NCBI GenBank assembly: GCA_965207735.1 | Contig: OZ242296.1 | Coordinates: forward strand, 2,368,001-2,432,000 | Length of the DNA stretch: 64,000 nt | From: Candidatus Versatilivorator sp. | GTDB taxonomy: Bacteria; Acidobacteriota; Terriglobia; Versatilivoradales; Versatilivoraceae | Direction of reading: 5' to 3' | Shown here: in pieces, positions 9,119-18,949 of the stretch | Numbering within the stretch: the stretch's first letter is position 1 | Layout of the letters: each line of letters starts with the position of its first letter | The notes under the pieces: generated by a model | Database searches by the model: none | Told to the model about the DNA's origin: nothing | The model's input: the letters and a program-made list of their open reading frames with translations, nothing else | Translations under genes and position numbers: made by a program

Positions 9119-9725
9119 CGCCCCGGCTTTTCTTCAGAAGGACGGACTTTTCACTGCGGCTCGCCTGACTGCGGATGCCGACCGCCTTCCAGAACTTGCG
9201 GAAATAGTCGACGGCCGAGACCAGGGCGAGGATGACCGTCAGCCAGAGCGCGGCCAGGCTGAGCGGCTTCAACCAGAAGACAAGATTGCTCAGAATGATG
9301 AGGGTGACGGCCAGCACCTGCGAGACCATCTTGATTTTCCCCAGCTCCGAGGCATCGATATTGAATCCCCGGTTGGCCGCGATGCTGCGGAGACCGGTGA
9401 TGGCCAGTTCCCGCCCGATAATGATGACCACCATCCAGGCAGGCGCCCAACCGAGCTCCACCAGAGAAATGAATGCGGCCGAGATCAGCAACTTGTCTGC
9501 AATCGGGTCCAGGAGTATGCCGAGCGTGGTCACCTGCCGGCGCCGGCGGGCCAGGTAGCCGTCGAAGTAGTCGGTGATGGAAGCACCGAGAAAGATCACG
9601 GTGGCCAGGATGACGGAGAGGCTTTCGACCTGCCGTCCCGGATTGTAAACGCGGGTGAGAAGGACAACCACCAGCAGCGGGACTGCAAAGATACGGGACA
9701 GGGTCAGCAGATTTGGAAGATTCAT
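9102..9725 (-). CDS. pgsA: CDP-diacylglycerol--glycerol-3-phosphate 3-phosphatidyltransferase
   Basis: MNLPNLLTLSRI and DYFDGYLAR..G.LLDPIADK CDP-alcohol phosphotransferase motif. Confidence 0.95.
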   Translation of the reverse strand: MNLPNLLTLSRIFAVPLLVVVLLTRVYNPGRQVESLSVILATVIFLGASITDYFDGYLARRRRQVTTLGILLDPIADKLLISAAFISLVELGWAPAWMVVIIIGRELAITGLRSIAANRGFNIDASELGKIKMVSQVLAVTLIILSNLVFWLKPLSLAALWLTVILALVSAVDYFRKFWKAVGIRSQASRSEKSVLLKKSRGDVPTQ

Positions 9726-9779
9726 GGAAAGAGTCTGATTTCTTTTAAGGCGGAATTCAACCGGAAAACAACTGCCTCG

Positions 9780-12700
9780 CTAGAAGCGTATGACACCGCG
9801 AACCCGAACCCCATTGTACGACTTGCCCGCGGGGCGGATCCGGCGTTCGGTTTCCAGGCTCATGGTGGCCGAGCGCCCCACGGCCATCCGGCCGCCCATC
9901 CGGTATCGCCGGCCCTGCCCTCGGGCCAGGCCCACCGCTCCGTAGGGAGTCAGCACTCCCCGTCCCTGCAGGGCCGAAATTCCGTAGCCGAACCGCGTAT
10001 CCAGGCGGGTTGCCGGGGCGTCCAGCATGGCCGGGTCGGCGGCGCTGATCTCCCAGAGGCGCTGCATGCCGTTGGTGGTGTCTCCCCAGGAGGGCGCCAC
10101 GGTCACCGAGGGGCCGTAGTGGGCGGAACGAGGAGCATAGCGAATCCTGGCGCCGAAGCCCCACTCCTGCCGCGCGCCCTGGTGAAGGGCCAGCCAACGG
10201 CCGTAGCCTTCTGAACTCCACCCCGTCGCCGGATTCCGGTAGCGCAGGCCACCGCCGAGTTCGAGGCCGGCACCGGTCTCTCCGTCACCGCCGTCGTGGC
10301 GCACGCCCACCTCTCCCCATGGCGTGAGCGAACCGCCGCCGGCAAACCGGTAATCGTGGCTGGCCTCGGTGCTCAAGCGCAGCCGGCTCAGGCCGGCCGT
10401 CATCGCTGTGAACAGTCCTCCGTCCCCCTCGGCGTCAAGCCGCGCCACTGCCGCCTCGCCCTTCATCCTCAGCTTGGTCGACTCTTTGGCCAGGATGAGG
10501 CCGCTGACGCCTACCAAGCCGGAGTCCAGCGTCGCCCCGCTGGTCCGGGGATCACCGACGACGTCGTCGGTGATGGTAATTTCCCCCCGGGCGTGACCGA
10601 CCGTCGCCCAAACGTCCAGGTCGGGCGAGGGCGACCAGGCCAGGTAGGGATGGACACCCGTCATGCCCACGTCGTAGACGCCGCCCCCCGCGCCCGCCCC
10701 GGCCGCGCGGTAGTCGAACTCCCCTGTAGAACGGGAAATGGACAGCCCGGCCAGCAGGTTGGAACCAATCCTCACGTCGGCCCCCACGTGCACGCCCACG
10801 ATCCCGCCGTTCCAGTTGACGGCGCCCTCCCGGCCGCCTCCCGACAGGTTGTTGTAATTTCCGCAGCCCCAGGCGGCGAAACGTCCGGAACCGCCGTCGT
10901 CATCACTGGAGGGAATCAGAAATGAGGGATCGCCCAGCACCTGTTCCAGGGGCAGCGGCTCGCCGCCTGTCCGGGTCCACCCGCTGGAAGTCGGCACCAG
11001 GTAGGGCGCCAGGTGGATAATCGGTTCCTCCGCCCCGGGGGGGGTGATGCCCGAGATCACCTGATCCATGCGACACCTGACAGCGCTGAAAGCCAGAGCC
11101 CGTCCGATCTCCGGAAGGACAGTACGGTTCACCAGTTCAATGCGCCGCTCCGCGTCGTCGGTGATGGTTCCCGCCCCCGTATCGTCGTCCAGGGTGATCC
11201 CCACCGGGTCGCTCAATTCCAGGCTGAACTGCTCGGTGGCCTCCACCACGTCGTCAGCCAGCGTGGTCACCGTGATGACGCTGCTGGTTTCCCCCGGCTG
11301 GAAGCTCAGGGTGCCCGAGGCTGCGGTAAAGTCCGAGCCCGCCAGCGCCGTCCCGTCTACCGTGCGGTAGCTGACCGTCACCACCCGCCCGCTGGAGGCG
11401 TCCAGTTGCACCGGGAACTCGGCCGTTTCGCCTTCACTCACGGATGGCGCATCCTCGATCGTCAACCCCGGCGGTTCGTCGTTGTCGGTGATCCTCGCGG
11501 TTGCCGTCCCGTCCGACACCGTGGCCCCCACGGCTTCGCCCAACTCCACCGTGAAGCTCTCTTCCGCCTCCGAAACCGCGTCGTCCAGAGTCGCCACCAC
11601 AATGGTGTGCGTCGTCTCCCCTGGTTGGAAAGTGACTGTCCCCGTGTTCGCCGTGTAATCCGAACCAGCCTCGGCGGTCCCGTCCACCGTGCGGTAGCTG
11701 ACTGTCACCACCCGCCCGCTCTCCGCGCTCAGCCGTACCAGGAACTCCGCCGTATCCCCTTCGACTACCGCTGGCGCATCCTCGATCGTCAACCCCGGCA
11801 GTTCGTCGTTGTCGCTGACCGTCCCCGTTGCCGTCGCATCCGACAGCGTCGCCCCCACGGCTTCGCTCAGCTCCACCGTGAATTTTTCTTCGGATTCCGA
11901 GATCGCATCGTCCAACACGGCCACCGAGATGGTCAGCACCGTCTCACCCGGCTCGAAGCGTAGCGTCCCCGAGGTGTCCGTGTAGTCCGAATCTGCTACC
12001 GCCGTCCCGTCCACCGTGCGGTACTTGACCGTTATCACCCGACCGCTCACGGCGCTCAGGCGTACCGGGAACTCTGCCGTACCCCCTTCGACTACCGCCG
12101 GCGCATCCTCGATGGTCAGCGCAGGCAGTTCGTCGTTGTCGGTGATCGTGCCTTCGCCGGTGTCGTCGTCCAACCTGGCCCCCTTCGGATTGCTCAAGAC
12201 CACGGTGAAGCCTTCCTCTGTCTCCGGAACCGAGTCGTCCAGAACTGCCACCGAGATGGTCCGAGCGGTCTCGCCCGGCTCAAAGCTCAGCCTTCCCGAG
12301 ACCGCCGTGTAATCCGTGCCCGCCTCCGCCGTGTCGTCCGCCGTGGCATAGTCCACCGTCACCACATGCCCCCTGGCTGAACTGAGCCGCACCATGAACT
12401 CGGCCGTACCCCCCTCCAACACCGGCGGCGCATCCTCGATGGTCAGCGCCGGAAGCCCGATTGCGGCGTCTATGATGGTCCCCTCTCCGGTATCGTCGTT
12501 CAGACTTGCCCCGGAGGGGTTGCTCAGCGTTACCGTGAAGCGTTCCTCTGCCTCCTGCTCACTATCCTCCAGGGTCGGCACCGAGATGGTCTGGCTGGTT
12601 TCTCCCACCGCAAAGGTCAGCGTCCCCGTCGCCGCCGTGTAATCCGTGCCCGCCTCCGCCGTGTCGTCCGCCGTGGCATAGTCCACCGTCACCGTCTCCG

Positions 12701-15700
12701 TGGCGGCCGGGCTCAACCTCACCTCGAACCGGGCCGTCTCCCCTTCCTCGACCAACGCGTTTCCGATGGACAACTCGGGTATGGCGGGGCCGCCGTCGTT
12801 GTCCGTGATCGTCCCTTCTCCCGCGTCGTCGTTCAGCGTAGCCCCCGAGGGGTTGCTCAGGGTCACCGTGAAACGTTCGTCCGACTCCTGCTCGCTGTCG
12901 TCCAGGGTCGGCACCGAGATGGTCTGGCTGGTTTCTCCCGCTGTAAAGGTCAGCGTCCCCATCGTCGCCGTGAAATCCGTGCCCGCTTCCGCCGTGTCGT
13001 CCGCCGTGGCATAGTCCACCGTCACCGTCTCTGCGGCGGACGGGCTCAACCTCACCTCGAACCGGGCTGTCTCCCCCTCCTCGACCAACGCGTTTCCGAT
13101 GGACAACTCGGGTATGGCGGGGCCGCCGTCGTTGTCCGTGATCGTCCCTTCTCCCGCGTCGTCGTTCAGCGTAGCCCCCGAGGGGTTGCTCAGGGTCACC
13201 GTGAAACGTTCGTCCGACTCCTGCTCGCTGTCGTCCAGGGTCGGCACCGAGATGGTCTGGCTGGTTTCTCCCGCTGTAAAGGTCAGCGTCCCCATCGTCG
13301 CCGTGAAATCCGTGCCCGCTTCCGCCGTGTCGTCCGCCGTGGCATAGTCCACCGTCACCGTCTCTGCGGCGGACGGGCTCAACCTCACCTCGAACCGGGC
13401 TGTCTCCCCCTCCTCGACCAACACGTTTCCGATGGACAACTCGGGCAGGCCGTCGTTGTCCGTGATCGTCCCTTCTCCCGTATCGTCGTTCAGTGAAGCC
13501 CCCGAGGGGTTGCTCAAGGATACCGTGAAGCGTTCCTCCGACTCCTGTTCACTATCGTCCAGTGTCGGCACCAGGATGGTGTGGGTTGTCTCCCCGGGAG
13601 TGAACGTCAGCATGCCCGAGGTCGAGGTATAGTCGGTCCCCGCCTCCGCCGTCCCGTCCATTGTCTCGAAGTCCACCGTCACCGCCACACTGCTCTCACC
13701 GCTCAGTCGCACCACGAACTCCGACGTGCCCCCTTCGACCACCGGGGGCGCGTCGTCGATCGCCAGCACCACCGGATGGTCGTTGTCGGTGATGGTCCCC
13801 TCCCCGGTGTCGGCGCTCAGGTTCGCCCCCGAGGGGTTGCTCAGGGTCACCGTGAAGTGTTCCTCCGACTCCTGTTCACTGTCGTCCAGCGTCGTCACCA
13901 GGATAGTCTGAGTTGTTTCCCCGGGAGTGAACGTCAGCATGCCCGAGGTCGAGGTATAGTCGGTCCCCGCCTCCGCCGTGTCGTCCGCGGTGGCATAGTC
14001 CACCGTCACCGTCTCTGTGGCGGCCGGGCTCAACCTCACCTCGAACCGGGCCGTTTCACCCTCCCGGACCAACGTGTTTCCGATGGACAGCTCCGGCATG
14101 GTGGGGCCGCCGTCGTTGTCCGTGATCGTTCCTTCCCCCATGTCGTCGTTCAGCATGGCTCCCGAGGGGTTGCTCAAGGTCACCATGAAGCGTTCGTCCG
14201 ACTCCTGCTCACTATCGTCCAGCGTCGGCACCGAGATAGTCTGGACTGACTGTCCCAGCGTGAAGGTCAGCGTGCCCGACGTCTCTGCGTAATCCGTGCC
14301 TGCCACGGCCGTATCGTCGGCCGTGGCGTAAGACACCGTCACCGTCTCCCGGCTGGTCGGAGTCAACCTCACCTCGAACTGGGCCGTTTCCCCTTCTTCG
14401 ACCAAGGCGTTTCCGATGGAGAGCTTCGGCAGTTCATCGTCCGTTATGGTCCCCGCCCCGACGGCGTCACCCAGTCCCACGCCGACGGAGTTGCTTAAAA
14501 CCACCGTGAAGCCTTCCTCCGACTCCGGAACGGTGTCGTCCAATGTCGGCACCGAGATGGTCTGTTGGGTTACTCCCACCCCGAAGGAAAGAGTGCCCGA
14601 GGTCGCCGTGTAGTCGGAACCCGCTTTCGCCGTCCCGTCCACCGTCTCGTAGTCCACCAACACCGTCACGCCAACCACCAGGTTCAGAGTCACCAGGAAC
14701 TCCGCCGTGCCCCCCTCCTGAACCGACGCATCTCCGATGGACAGGTTGATCGGAATGAGGCCACCACCGTCACCACCACCGTCACCACCACCGTCACCGC
14801 CACCGTCACCGCCGCCATCGCCGCCGCCATCGCCGTCGTCGTCGATGATGGTCCCTTCTCCGGTGGCGTCGTTCAGCGTGGCTCCACCGGTGGGGCTGCT
14901 CAGGTTCACCATGAAGCGTTCCTCGGATTCCTGCTCGCTGTCGTTGATGGTCGGCACCGGGATCGTCATCGTCGTCTGTCCCGCCGTGAAGGTCAGCGTC
15001 CCCATCGTCGAGGTGTAGTCGTCGGGCTCCGTGGCCGTGTCGTCCGAGGTGGCATAGGCCACCGTCACCGTCTGGTTGGCGGCCGGCAACAATCTCACCT
15101 CGAACTGGGCCGTGCCTCCCTCCTGCACGGAGGCGTTTCCGATGGAGAGCTCGGGCGTGGCAGGGCCTCCGTCGTTGTCGGTGATGGTCCCTTCTCCCAT
15201 GGTCTGGTTCAGCCTGGCCCCCGTGGGATTGCTCAGGGTCACCCTGAAGCGCTCGTCCGACTCCTGCTGATTGTCGTCTATGGTCGGCACCGAGATGGTC
15301 ATCATCGTCTGCCCCGGCGTAAAGGTCAGCGTCCCCGATGTCGAGGTGTAGTCGTCGGGCTCCGTGGCCGTGTCGTCCGAGGTGGCATAGGCCACCGTCA
15401 CCGTCCGGTCGCTGGCCGGGCTCAGCCTCACGTCGAACCGGGCCGTGCCCCCTTCCACAACCGGGGCGCGGGCGTTTCCTATGGAGAGCTCCGGCAGGTC
15501 GTCGTCCGCAATGATCCCCTCGGCGGTGGCGTCAGCCAGTTTGGCCCCGACGGGATTGCGCAGGGTCACCCTGAAGCGTTCCTCCGGCTCGTGGAATTCG
15601 TCCTCCACCGTTGGCACGTCTATGTACTCGACAGTCTGTCCCGAAGTGAAGGTCAGAGTTCCCGTTTGCGCCGTGTAGTCGTCGTCCGCCACCGCGGTGC

Positions 15701-16370
15701 CGTCCGCCGTGGCGAACTCCACCGTCACATCCTCGTCTCGCGAGGTGCTCATCCTAACCTCGAACCGGGCCGTGTCCCCTTCCACAACCGGGACATCCGC
15801 GATCGACAGGCTGGGCAGGAAGGCATCGCCGTCGTCGTCGATGACCCGGACGGTCACCTTGGCGATCCCATGCAGCCGCGGCGGACAGTTGGAGTCCTCA
15901 TCCCACACCTCGTGGGTGAACTCTATGACCTCATTCTCCTTGTCGGCGTCCTCAACCGCTTCGATCGAGATCCTTCGCGGCCGGGTTGCCGCATTGGGGT
16001 TCTGCGTGTTGTCCACATCGATTTCCCAGCCGATCGACGGCGTCCACTTGATGCCGTTGTAGCCTTCGGGGTCGTCATGGTTATCGGGACGCTTCGATCC
16101 GTCGGCGTGCACGAAGCACCACCATCCGTCGGCGGCCGGTTGCCTGGTCAACCACAAGCTGTAGCTACCCTTTTCCCCTTCCACGATTTCCACGACCTGG
16201 TGCGACACCGCCACCGTCCCATCCCACGTGTGGATCGGGGCATCGTCCTGGGCCTGGACCGGCAGAGCCGCCATGCTTGCCAACAGCACCGACAACGGGA
16301 TGGCGACAGCGGCCAGACGCCGGCCTCGGGAGTGCAGAGACCGGCGCTGTTTTCGGGTGTGCTTCAGCAT
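9780..16370 (-). CDS. Giant Calx-beta repeat surface protein with C-terminal autotransporter-like beta-barrel (2196 aa)
   Basis: Signal peptide ending AQA, 14 counted Calx-beta units (LSI..VxEG..A.F.V.L....DY....GTLTF..G....E.F.V.LS), barrel with LTPWGEVGVRHDGGDGETGAG and terminal Phe. Confidence 0.88.
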   Translation of the reverse strand: MLKHTRKQRRSLHSRGRRLAAVAIPLSVLLASMAALPVQAQDDAPIHTWDGTVAVSHQVVEIVEGEKGSYSLWLTRQPAADGWWCFVHADGSKRPDNHDDPEGYNGIKWTPSIGWEIDVDNTQNPNAATRPRRISIEAVEDADKENEVIEFTHEVWDEDSNCPPRLHGIAKVTVRVIDDDGDAFLPSLSIADVPVVEGDTARFEVRMSTSRDEDVTVEFATADGTAVADDDYTAQTGTLTFTSGQTVEYIDVPTVEDEFHEPEERFRVTLRNPVGAKLADATAEGIIADDDLPELSIGNARAPVVEGGTARFDVRLSPASDRTVTVAYATSDDTATEPDDYTSTSGTLTFTPGQTMMTISVPTIDDNQQESDERFRVTLSNPTGARLNQTMGEGTITDNDGGPATPELSIGNASVQEGGTAQFEVRLLPAANQTVTVAYATSDDTATEPDDYTSTMGTLTFTAGQTTMTIPVPTINDSEQESEERFMVNLSSPTGGATLNDATGEGTIIDDDGDGGGDGGGDGGGDGGGDGGGDGGGLIPINLSIGDASVQEGGTAEFLVTLNLVVGVTVLVDYETVDGTAKAGSDYTATSGTLSFGVGVTQQTISVPTLDDTVPESEEGFTVVLSNSVGVGLGDAVGAGTITDDELPKLSIGNALVEEGETAQFEVRLTPTSRETVTVSYATADDTAVAGTDYAETSGTLTFTLGQSVQTISVPTLDDSEQESDERFMVTLSNPSGAMLNDDMGEGTITDNDGGPTMPELSIGNTLVREGETARFEVRLSPAATETVTVDYATADDTAEAGTDYTSTSGMLTFTPGETTQTILVTTLDDSEQESEEHFTVTLSNPSGANLSADTGEGTITDNDHPVVLAIDDAPPVVEGGTSEFVVRLSGESSVAVTVDFETMDGTAEAGTDYTSTSGMLTFTPGETTHTILVPTLDDSEQESEERFTVSLSNPSGASLNDDTGEGTITDNDGLPELSIGNVLVEEGETARFEVRLSPSAAETVTVDYATADDTAEAGTDFTATMGTLTFTAGETSQTISVPTLDDSEQESDERFTVTLSNPSGATLNDDAGEGTITDNDGGPAIPELSIGNALVEEGETARFEVRLSPSAAETVTVDYATADDTAEAGTDFTATMGTLTFTAGETSQTISVPTLDDSEQESDERFTVTLSNPSGATLNDDAGEGTITDNDGGPAIPELSIGNALVEEGETARFEVRLSPAATETVTVDYATADDTAEAGTDYTAATGTLTFAVGETSQTISVPTLEDSEQEAEERFTVTLSNPSGASLNDDTGEGTIIDAAIGLPALTIEDAPPVLEGGTAEFMVRLSSARGHVVTVDYATADDTAEAGTDYTAVSGRLSFEPGETARTISVAVLDDSVPETEEGFTVVLSNPKGARLDDDTGEGTITDNDELPALTIEDAPAVVEGGTAEFPVRLSAVSGRVITVKYRTVDGTAVADSDYTDTSGTLRFEPGETVLTISVAVLDDAISESEEKFTVELSEAVGATLSDATATGTVSDNDELPGLTIEDAPAVVEGDTAEFLVRLSAESGRVVTVSYRTVDGTAEAGSDYTANTGTVTFQPGETTHTIVVATLDDAVSEAEESFTVELGEAVGATVSDGTATARITDNDEPPGLTIEDAPSVSEGETAEFPVQLDASSGRVVTVSYRTVDGTALAGSDFTAASGTLSFQPGETSSVITVTTLADDVVEATEQFSLELSDPVGITLDDDTGAGTITDDAERRIELVNRTVLPEIGRALAFSAVRCRMDQVISGITPPGAEEPIIHLAPYLVPTSSGWTRTGGEPLPLEQVLGDPSFLIPSSDDDGGSGRFAAWGCGNYNNLSGGGREGAVNWNGGIVGVHVGADVRIGSNLLAGLSISRSTGEFDYRAAGAGAGGGVYDVGMTGVHPYLAWSPSPDLDVWATVGHARGEITITDDVVGDPRTSGATLDSGLVGVSGLILAKESTKLRMKGEAAVARLDAEGDGGLFTAMTAGLSRLRLSTEASHDYRFAGGGSLTPWGEVGVRHDGGDGETGAGLELGGGLRYRNPATGWSSEGYGRWLALHQGARQEWGFGARIRYAPRSAHYGPSVTVAPSWGDTTNGMQRLWEISAADPAMLDAPATRLDTRFGYGISALQGRGVLTPYGAVGLARGQGRRYRMGGRMAVGRSATMSLETERRIRPAGKSYNGVRVRGVIRF
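12711..13440. repeat. Near-identical 333-bp tandem duplication of a Calx-beta unit
   Basis: Sequence from 12711 recurs at 13044 and 13377; protein repeats 8-10 are almost identical. Confidence 0.9.
14761..14845. repeat. 12-bp tandem repeat encoding a (GGGD)n linker
   Basis: ccaccaccgtca-like units; protein DDDGDGGGDGGGDGGGDGGGDGGGDGGG. Confidence 0.9.
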
Positions 16371-16500
16371 CGTGTCTTTCTCAAGACGGCGGCGGGAGTG
16401 CGGCCTCTACCGATTCCACGGGACAGGCAGCGGGCGGGTGCAGGTGCGTCCCGGCGGGCCCCTTCCCCGTCAGGGCGCAGGGCGACACCGGATCGCAGCC

Positions 16501-16588
16501 GTGACTGCGCTCTTCGGTCGCGAGCACTCATTGAACAAGGAAAAACTGCCTGCGTCACTGCCACGCCCCCGGCGAGAAATGCGGGCTA
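16501..16588 (-). mobile_element. Diverged left-end fragment of MITE family A
   Basis: cgctcttcggtcgcgagcac and gcccccggcgagaaatgcgggcta match the reverse complement of 58926-59013. Confidence 0.75.
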
Positions 16589-16729
16589 CGGAGTGTGCAC
16601 CGTCCAACGAATCATACAATATATTCGGGAGGGATACGCAGCCAAGGGGTGGAGGATGGTGGATTTTTCGGCAGGCGCGCAAGCGCAAGCTGTCCAATGA
16701 CTCCATGTCGGGCGCCGCCCTCGCCAGGG

Positions 16730-17071
16730 TCAGAGCATCCCCAGTTGCAGCTTGGCGGCTTCCGACATCTTGGCCGGAGTCCAGGGCGGGTCCCACACCA
16801 GCTCAACCTGGGCGGAGGACACGCCCTCGGCCCCGGCGACCCTGGATTCGACCTCTCCCGGCAGGGTGCCGGCCACCGGACAGGCGGGAGAGGTGAGGGT
16901 CATTTGAATCTTGACGGCATGGGAGGGGTCGATATCGATCTCGTAGATGAGTCCGATCTCGTAGATGTTGACGGGAATTTCGGGGTCGTAAACCGTTTGC
17001 AGCGCCTCGATGATCCGCTGTCTCAACTCTTCCGAAGGAGCGGACTCGAGTGGGGGGGAGTCGGTGGTCAT
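16730..17071 (-). CDS. sufT: DUF59 Fe-S cluster assembly factor
   Basis: VYDPEIPVNIYEIGLIY, MTLTSPACP, LVWDPPW. Confidence 0.93.
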   Translation of the reverse strand: MTTDSPPLESAPSEELRQRIIEALQTVYDPEIPVNIYEIGLIYEIDIDPSHAVKIQMTLTSPACPVAGTLPGEVESRVAGAEGVSSAQVELVWDPPWTPAKMSEAAKLQLGML

Positions 17072-17084
17072 GGTTGCATCCTCA

Positions 17085-17195
17085 AATTTTGGATTTTCGA
17101 TTGCAGATTCTTGATTTGAGGCAAAATCAGATGTCCTTGCTCCCCAATCAACAATCGGAAATCTGCAATCAACAATTCATTGCTTGTCGGTCTGA
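17085..17195. repeat. Family E heptamer inverted array element between sufU and sufT
   Basis: gattttc/gattgca-type units facing caatcaa/caatcgg/aaatctg units; similar to 21091, 46690 and 61697. Confidence 0.8.
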
Positions 17196-17234
17196 CCCAC
17201 AGCCTCGGCAGGCGTCCGGCACCTTCACTGTCGC

Positions 17235-17681
17235 TTACTCGGTGGTGACCGGTAGCTGCCGGCTGTCCAGGGCAGCCTTGACCGTATGCCAGGCCAGGGT
17301 GGCGCACTTGACCCGGACCGGAAAGGCGGCCACCCCGGCAAAAGCCACCAGCTTCCCGAGGTCTTCCGGCGGCTCGAGTAGCCGGCCGGTCACCAAGTCC
17401 TGGAACTGGCTAAAAACCGTCTGGAGGAGACCGGCTTCCCTACCCTTCAGCAACTCGGTCATCATGGAGGCGGAGGCGGTGGAGATGGCGCAACCCTTGC
17501 CCTGGAAACGAATATCCCTGACGATGTCGCCGTCCAGCTCCAGGGAGACTGCCACGCGATCCCCGCAGAGCGGATTGTGGCCCTCGGCCCTGTGGGTGGC
17601 ATGTTCCAGGCCCCCGAAATTGCGCGGCCGCCGGGTGTGGTCCAGGATAACCTCCTGGTAGAGGTCCATCAACTCGGACAT
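17235..17681 (-). CDS. sufU: SUF-system NifU-family sulfur transfer protein
   Basis: LYQEVILDH, NPLCGD, GCAISTASAS, RVKCATLAW. Confidence 0.95.
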   Translation of the reverse strand: MSELMDLYQEVILDHTRRPRNFGGLEHATHRAEGHNPLCGDRVAVSLELDGDIVRDIRFQGKGCAISTASASMMTELLKGREAGLLQTVFSQFQDLVTGRLLEPPEDLGKLVAFAGVAAFPVRVKCATLAWHTVKAALDSRQLPVTTE

Positions 17682-18949
17682 GAGCCAAAGATCTCCCTGA
17701 CCTTGCGGACGCCGTCCGCCAGCCGGTCCACCTCCGCGTGAGAGTTGTAGAGTCCGAAGGAGGCGCGAGCCGTGGCCGGCAGGCCCAGGCGCTCCATCAG
17801 CGGCTGGGCGCAGTGATGGCCCGCGCGAATGGCGATCCCCTCCTGGTCCAGAATGGTCCCGACATCATGGGGGTGGGCCCCCTCGACCACGAAGGAGAGC
17901 ACGCCCGCCTTGCGTCCGGCTCGACCGACGATGCGAACGCCCGGGACCGAGGCGAGCGCTTCGGTGGCGTGAGACAACAGCTCACCTTCGTGAGCGGCAA
18001 TGCCCTCCAGTCCGACGGCGCCCAGGTAATCCAGGGCGGCGCCCAGTCCGATGACCCCGACGATATCGGGCGTCCCCGCCTCGAACCGATAGGGGATCTC
18101 CTTGTAGCTGGTGCGCTCGAAGGAGACCGAACGAATCATCTCGCCTCCGCACTGGTAGGGCGGCATGGCTTCCAGCAGGGACGCTTTTCCGTAGAGAACG
18201 CCCACTCCGGTGGGACCGTAGACCTTGTGCCCCGAAAAGGCGTAGAAATCGCAGTCGAGCGCCTGAACGTCCAGTTGGAGGTGAGGAGCGGCCTGGGCTC
18301 CGTCCACCAGCACCGGGATCTCCCGTCGATGGGCCATCCGAACCATTTCGGCCACGGGGTTGACGGTTCCCAAGGCATTGGAGACGTGGGCGATGGCCAC
18401 CAGGCGGGTTCGAGAGCCGAGAGCCCGTTCAAAGGCCTCCAGTGGGACTTCGCCGTTGTCGTCGATGGGCGCCACCCGCAGGACCCCGCCCTTTTCCTCG
18501 CAGATCCTCTGCCAGGGCACGATGTTGGAGTGGTGCTCCAGGGTCGAGACCAGAATTTCGTCTCCCGCCTCGAGCCTCTGGCGGGCCAGGGTGCCGGCCA
18601 CCAGGTTGATGGCCTCGGTGGTTCCCCTGACGAAGACGACCTCCCGGGACTCCCGAGCATTGATGAAACGCTGCACTTTGCAGCGAACTTCTTCGTAGGC
18701 CTCGGTGGCTTCCAGGCTGAGCGCGTAGAGGCCCCGGTGAATGTTGGCATAGCCTTCTCGATAGAAGGCATTCATGGCTTCGATCACCGGAATCGGCTTC
18801 TGCGTGGAAGCGGCACTGTCGAGATAGACCAGCGGTTTACCGGCTGTTCGGCCGGAAAGGATGGGGAAATCGCGGCGCAGCCGGTCGACGTCCAGCGGCG
18901 GCGCGGCCGTCTGGACCGCTGGGGTGGTTGCCCTCCTCATCCGGATCAC
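17669..18949 (-). CDS. sufS: Cysteine desulfurase, SufS group
   Basis: YLDSAASTQKP, EHHSNIVPW, SGHKVYGPTG, RAGHHCAQP. Confidence 0.97.
   Translation of the reverse strand: MIRMRRATTPAVQTAAPPLDVDRLRRDFPILSGRTAGKPLVYLDSAASTQKPIPVIEAMNAFYREGYANIHRGLYALSLEATEAYEEVRCKVQRFINARESREVVFVRGTTEAINLVAGTLARQRLEAGDEILVSTLEHHSNIVPWQRICEEKGGVLRVAPIDDNGEVPLEAFERALGSRTRLVAIAHVSNALGTVNPVAEMVRMAHRREIPVLVDGAQAAPHLQLDVQALDCDFYAFSGHKVYGPTGVGVLYGKASLLEAMPPYQCGGEMIRSVSFERTSYKEIPYRFEAGTPDIVGVIGLGAALDYLGAVGLEGIAAHEGELLSHATEALASVPGVRIVGRAGRKAGVLSFVVEGAHPHDVGTILDQEGIAIRAGHHCAQPLMERLGLPATARASFGLYNSHAEVDRLADGVRKVREIFGSCPS

Noticed and set aside
14565-16700. 711-aa plus-strand ORF and the many other long antisense ORFs (e.g. 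45291-47024, 51981-53684, 27549-29222)
   Set aside because: Shadows of real genes in high-GC DNA; no recognisable motifs.
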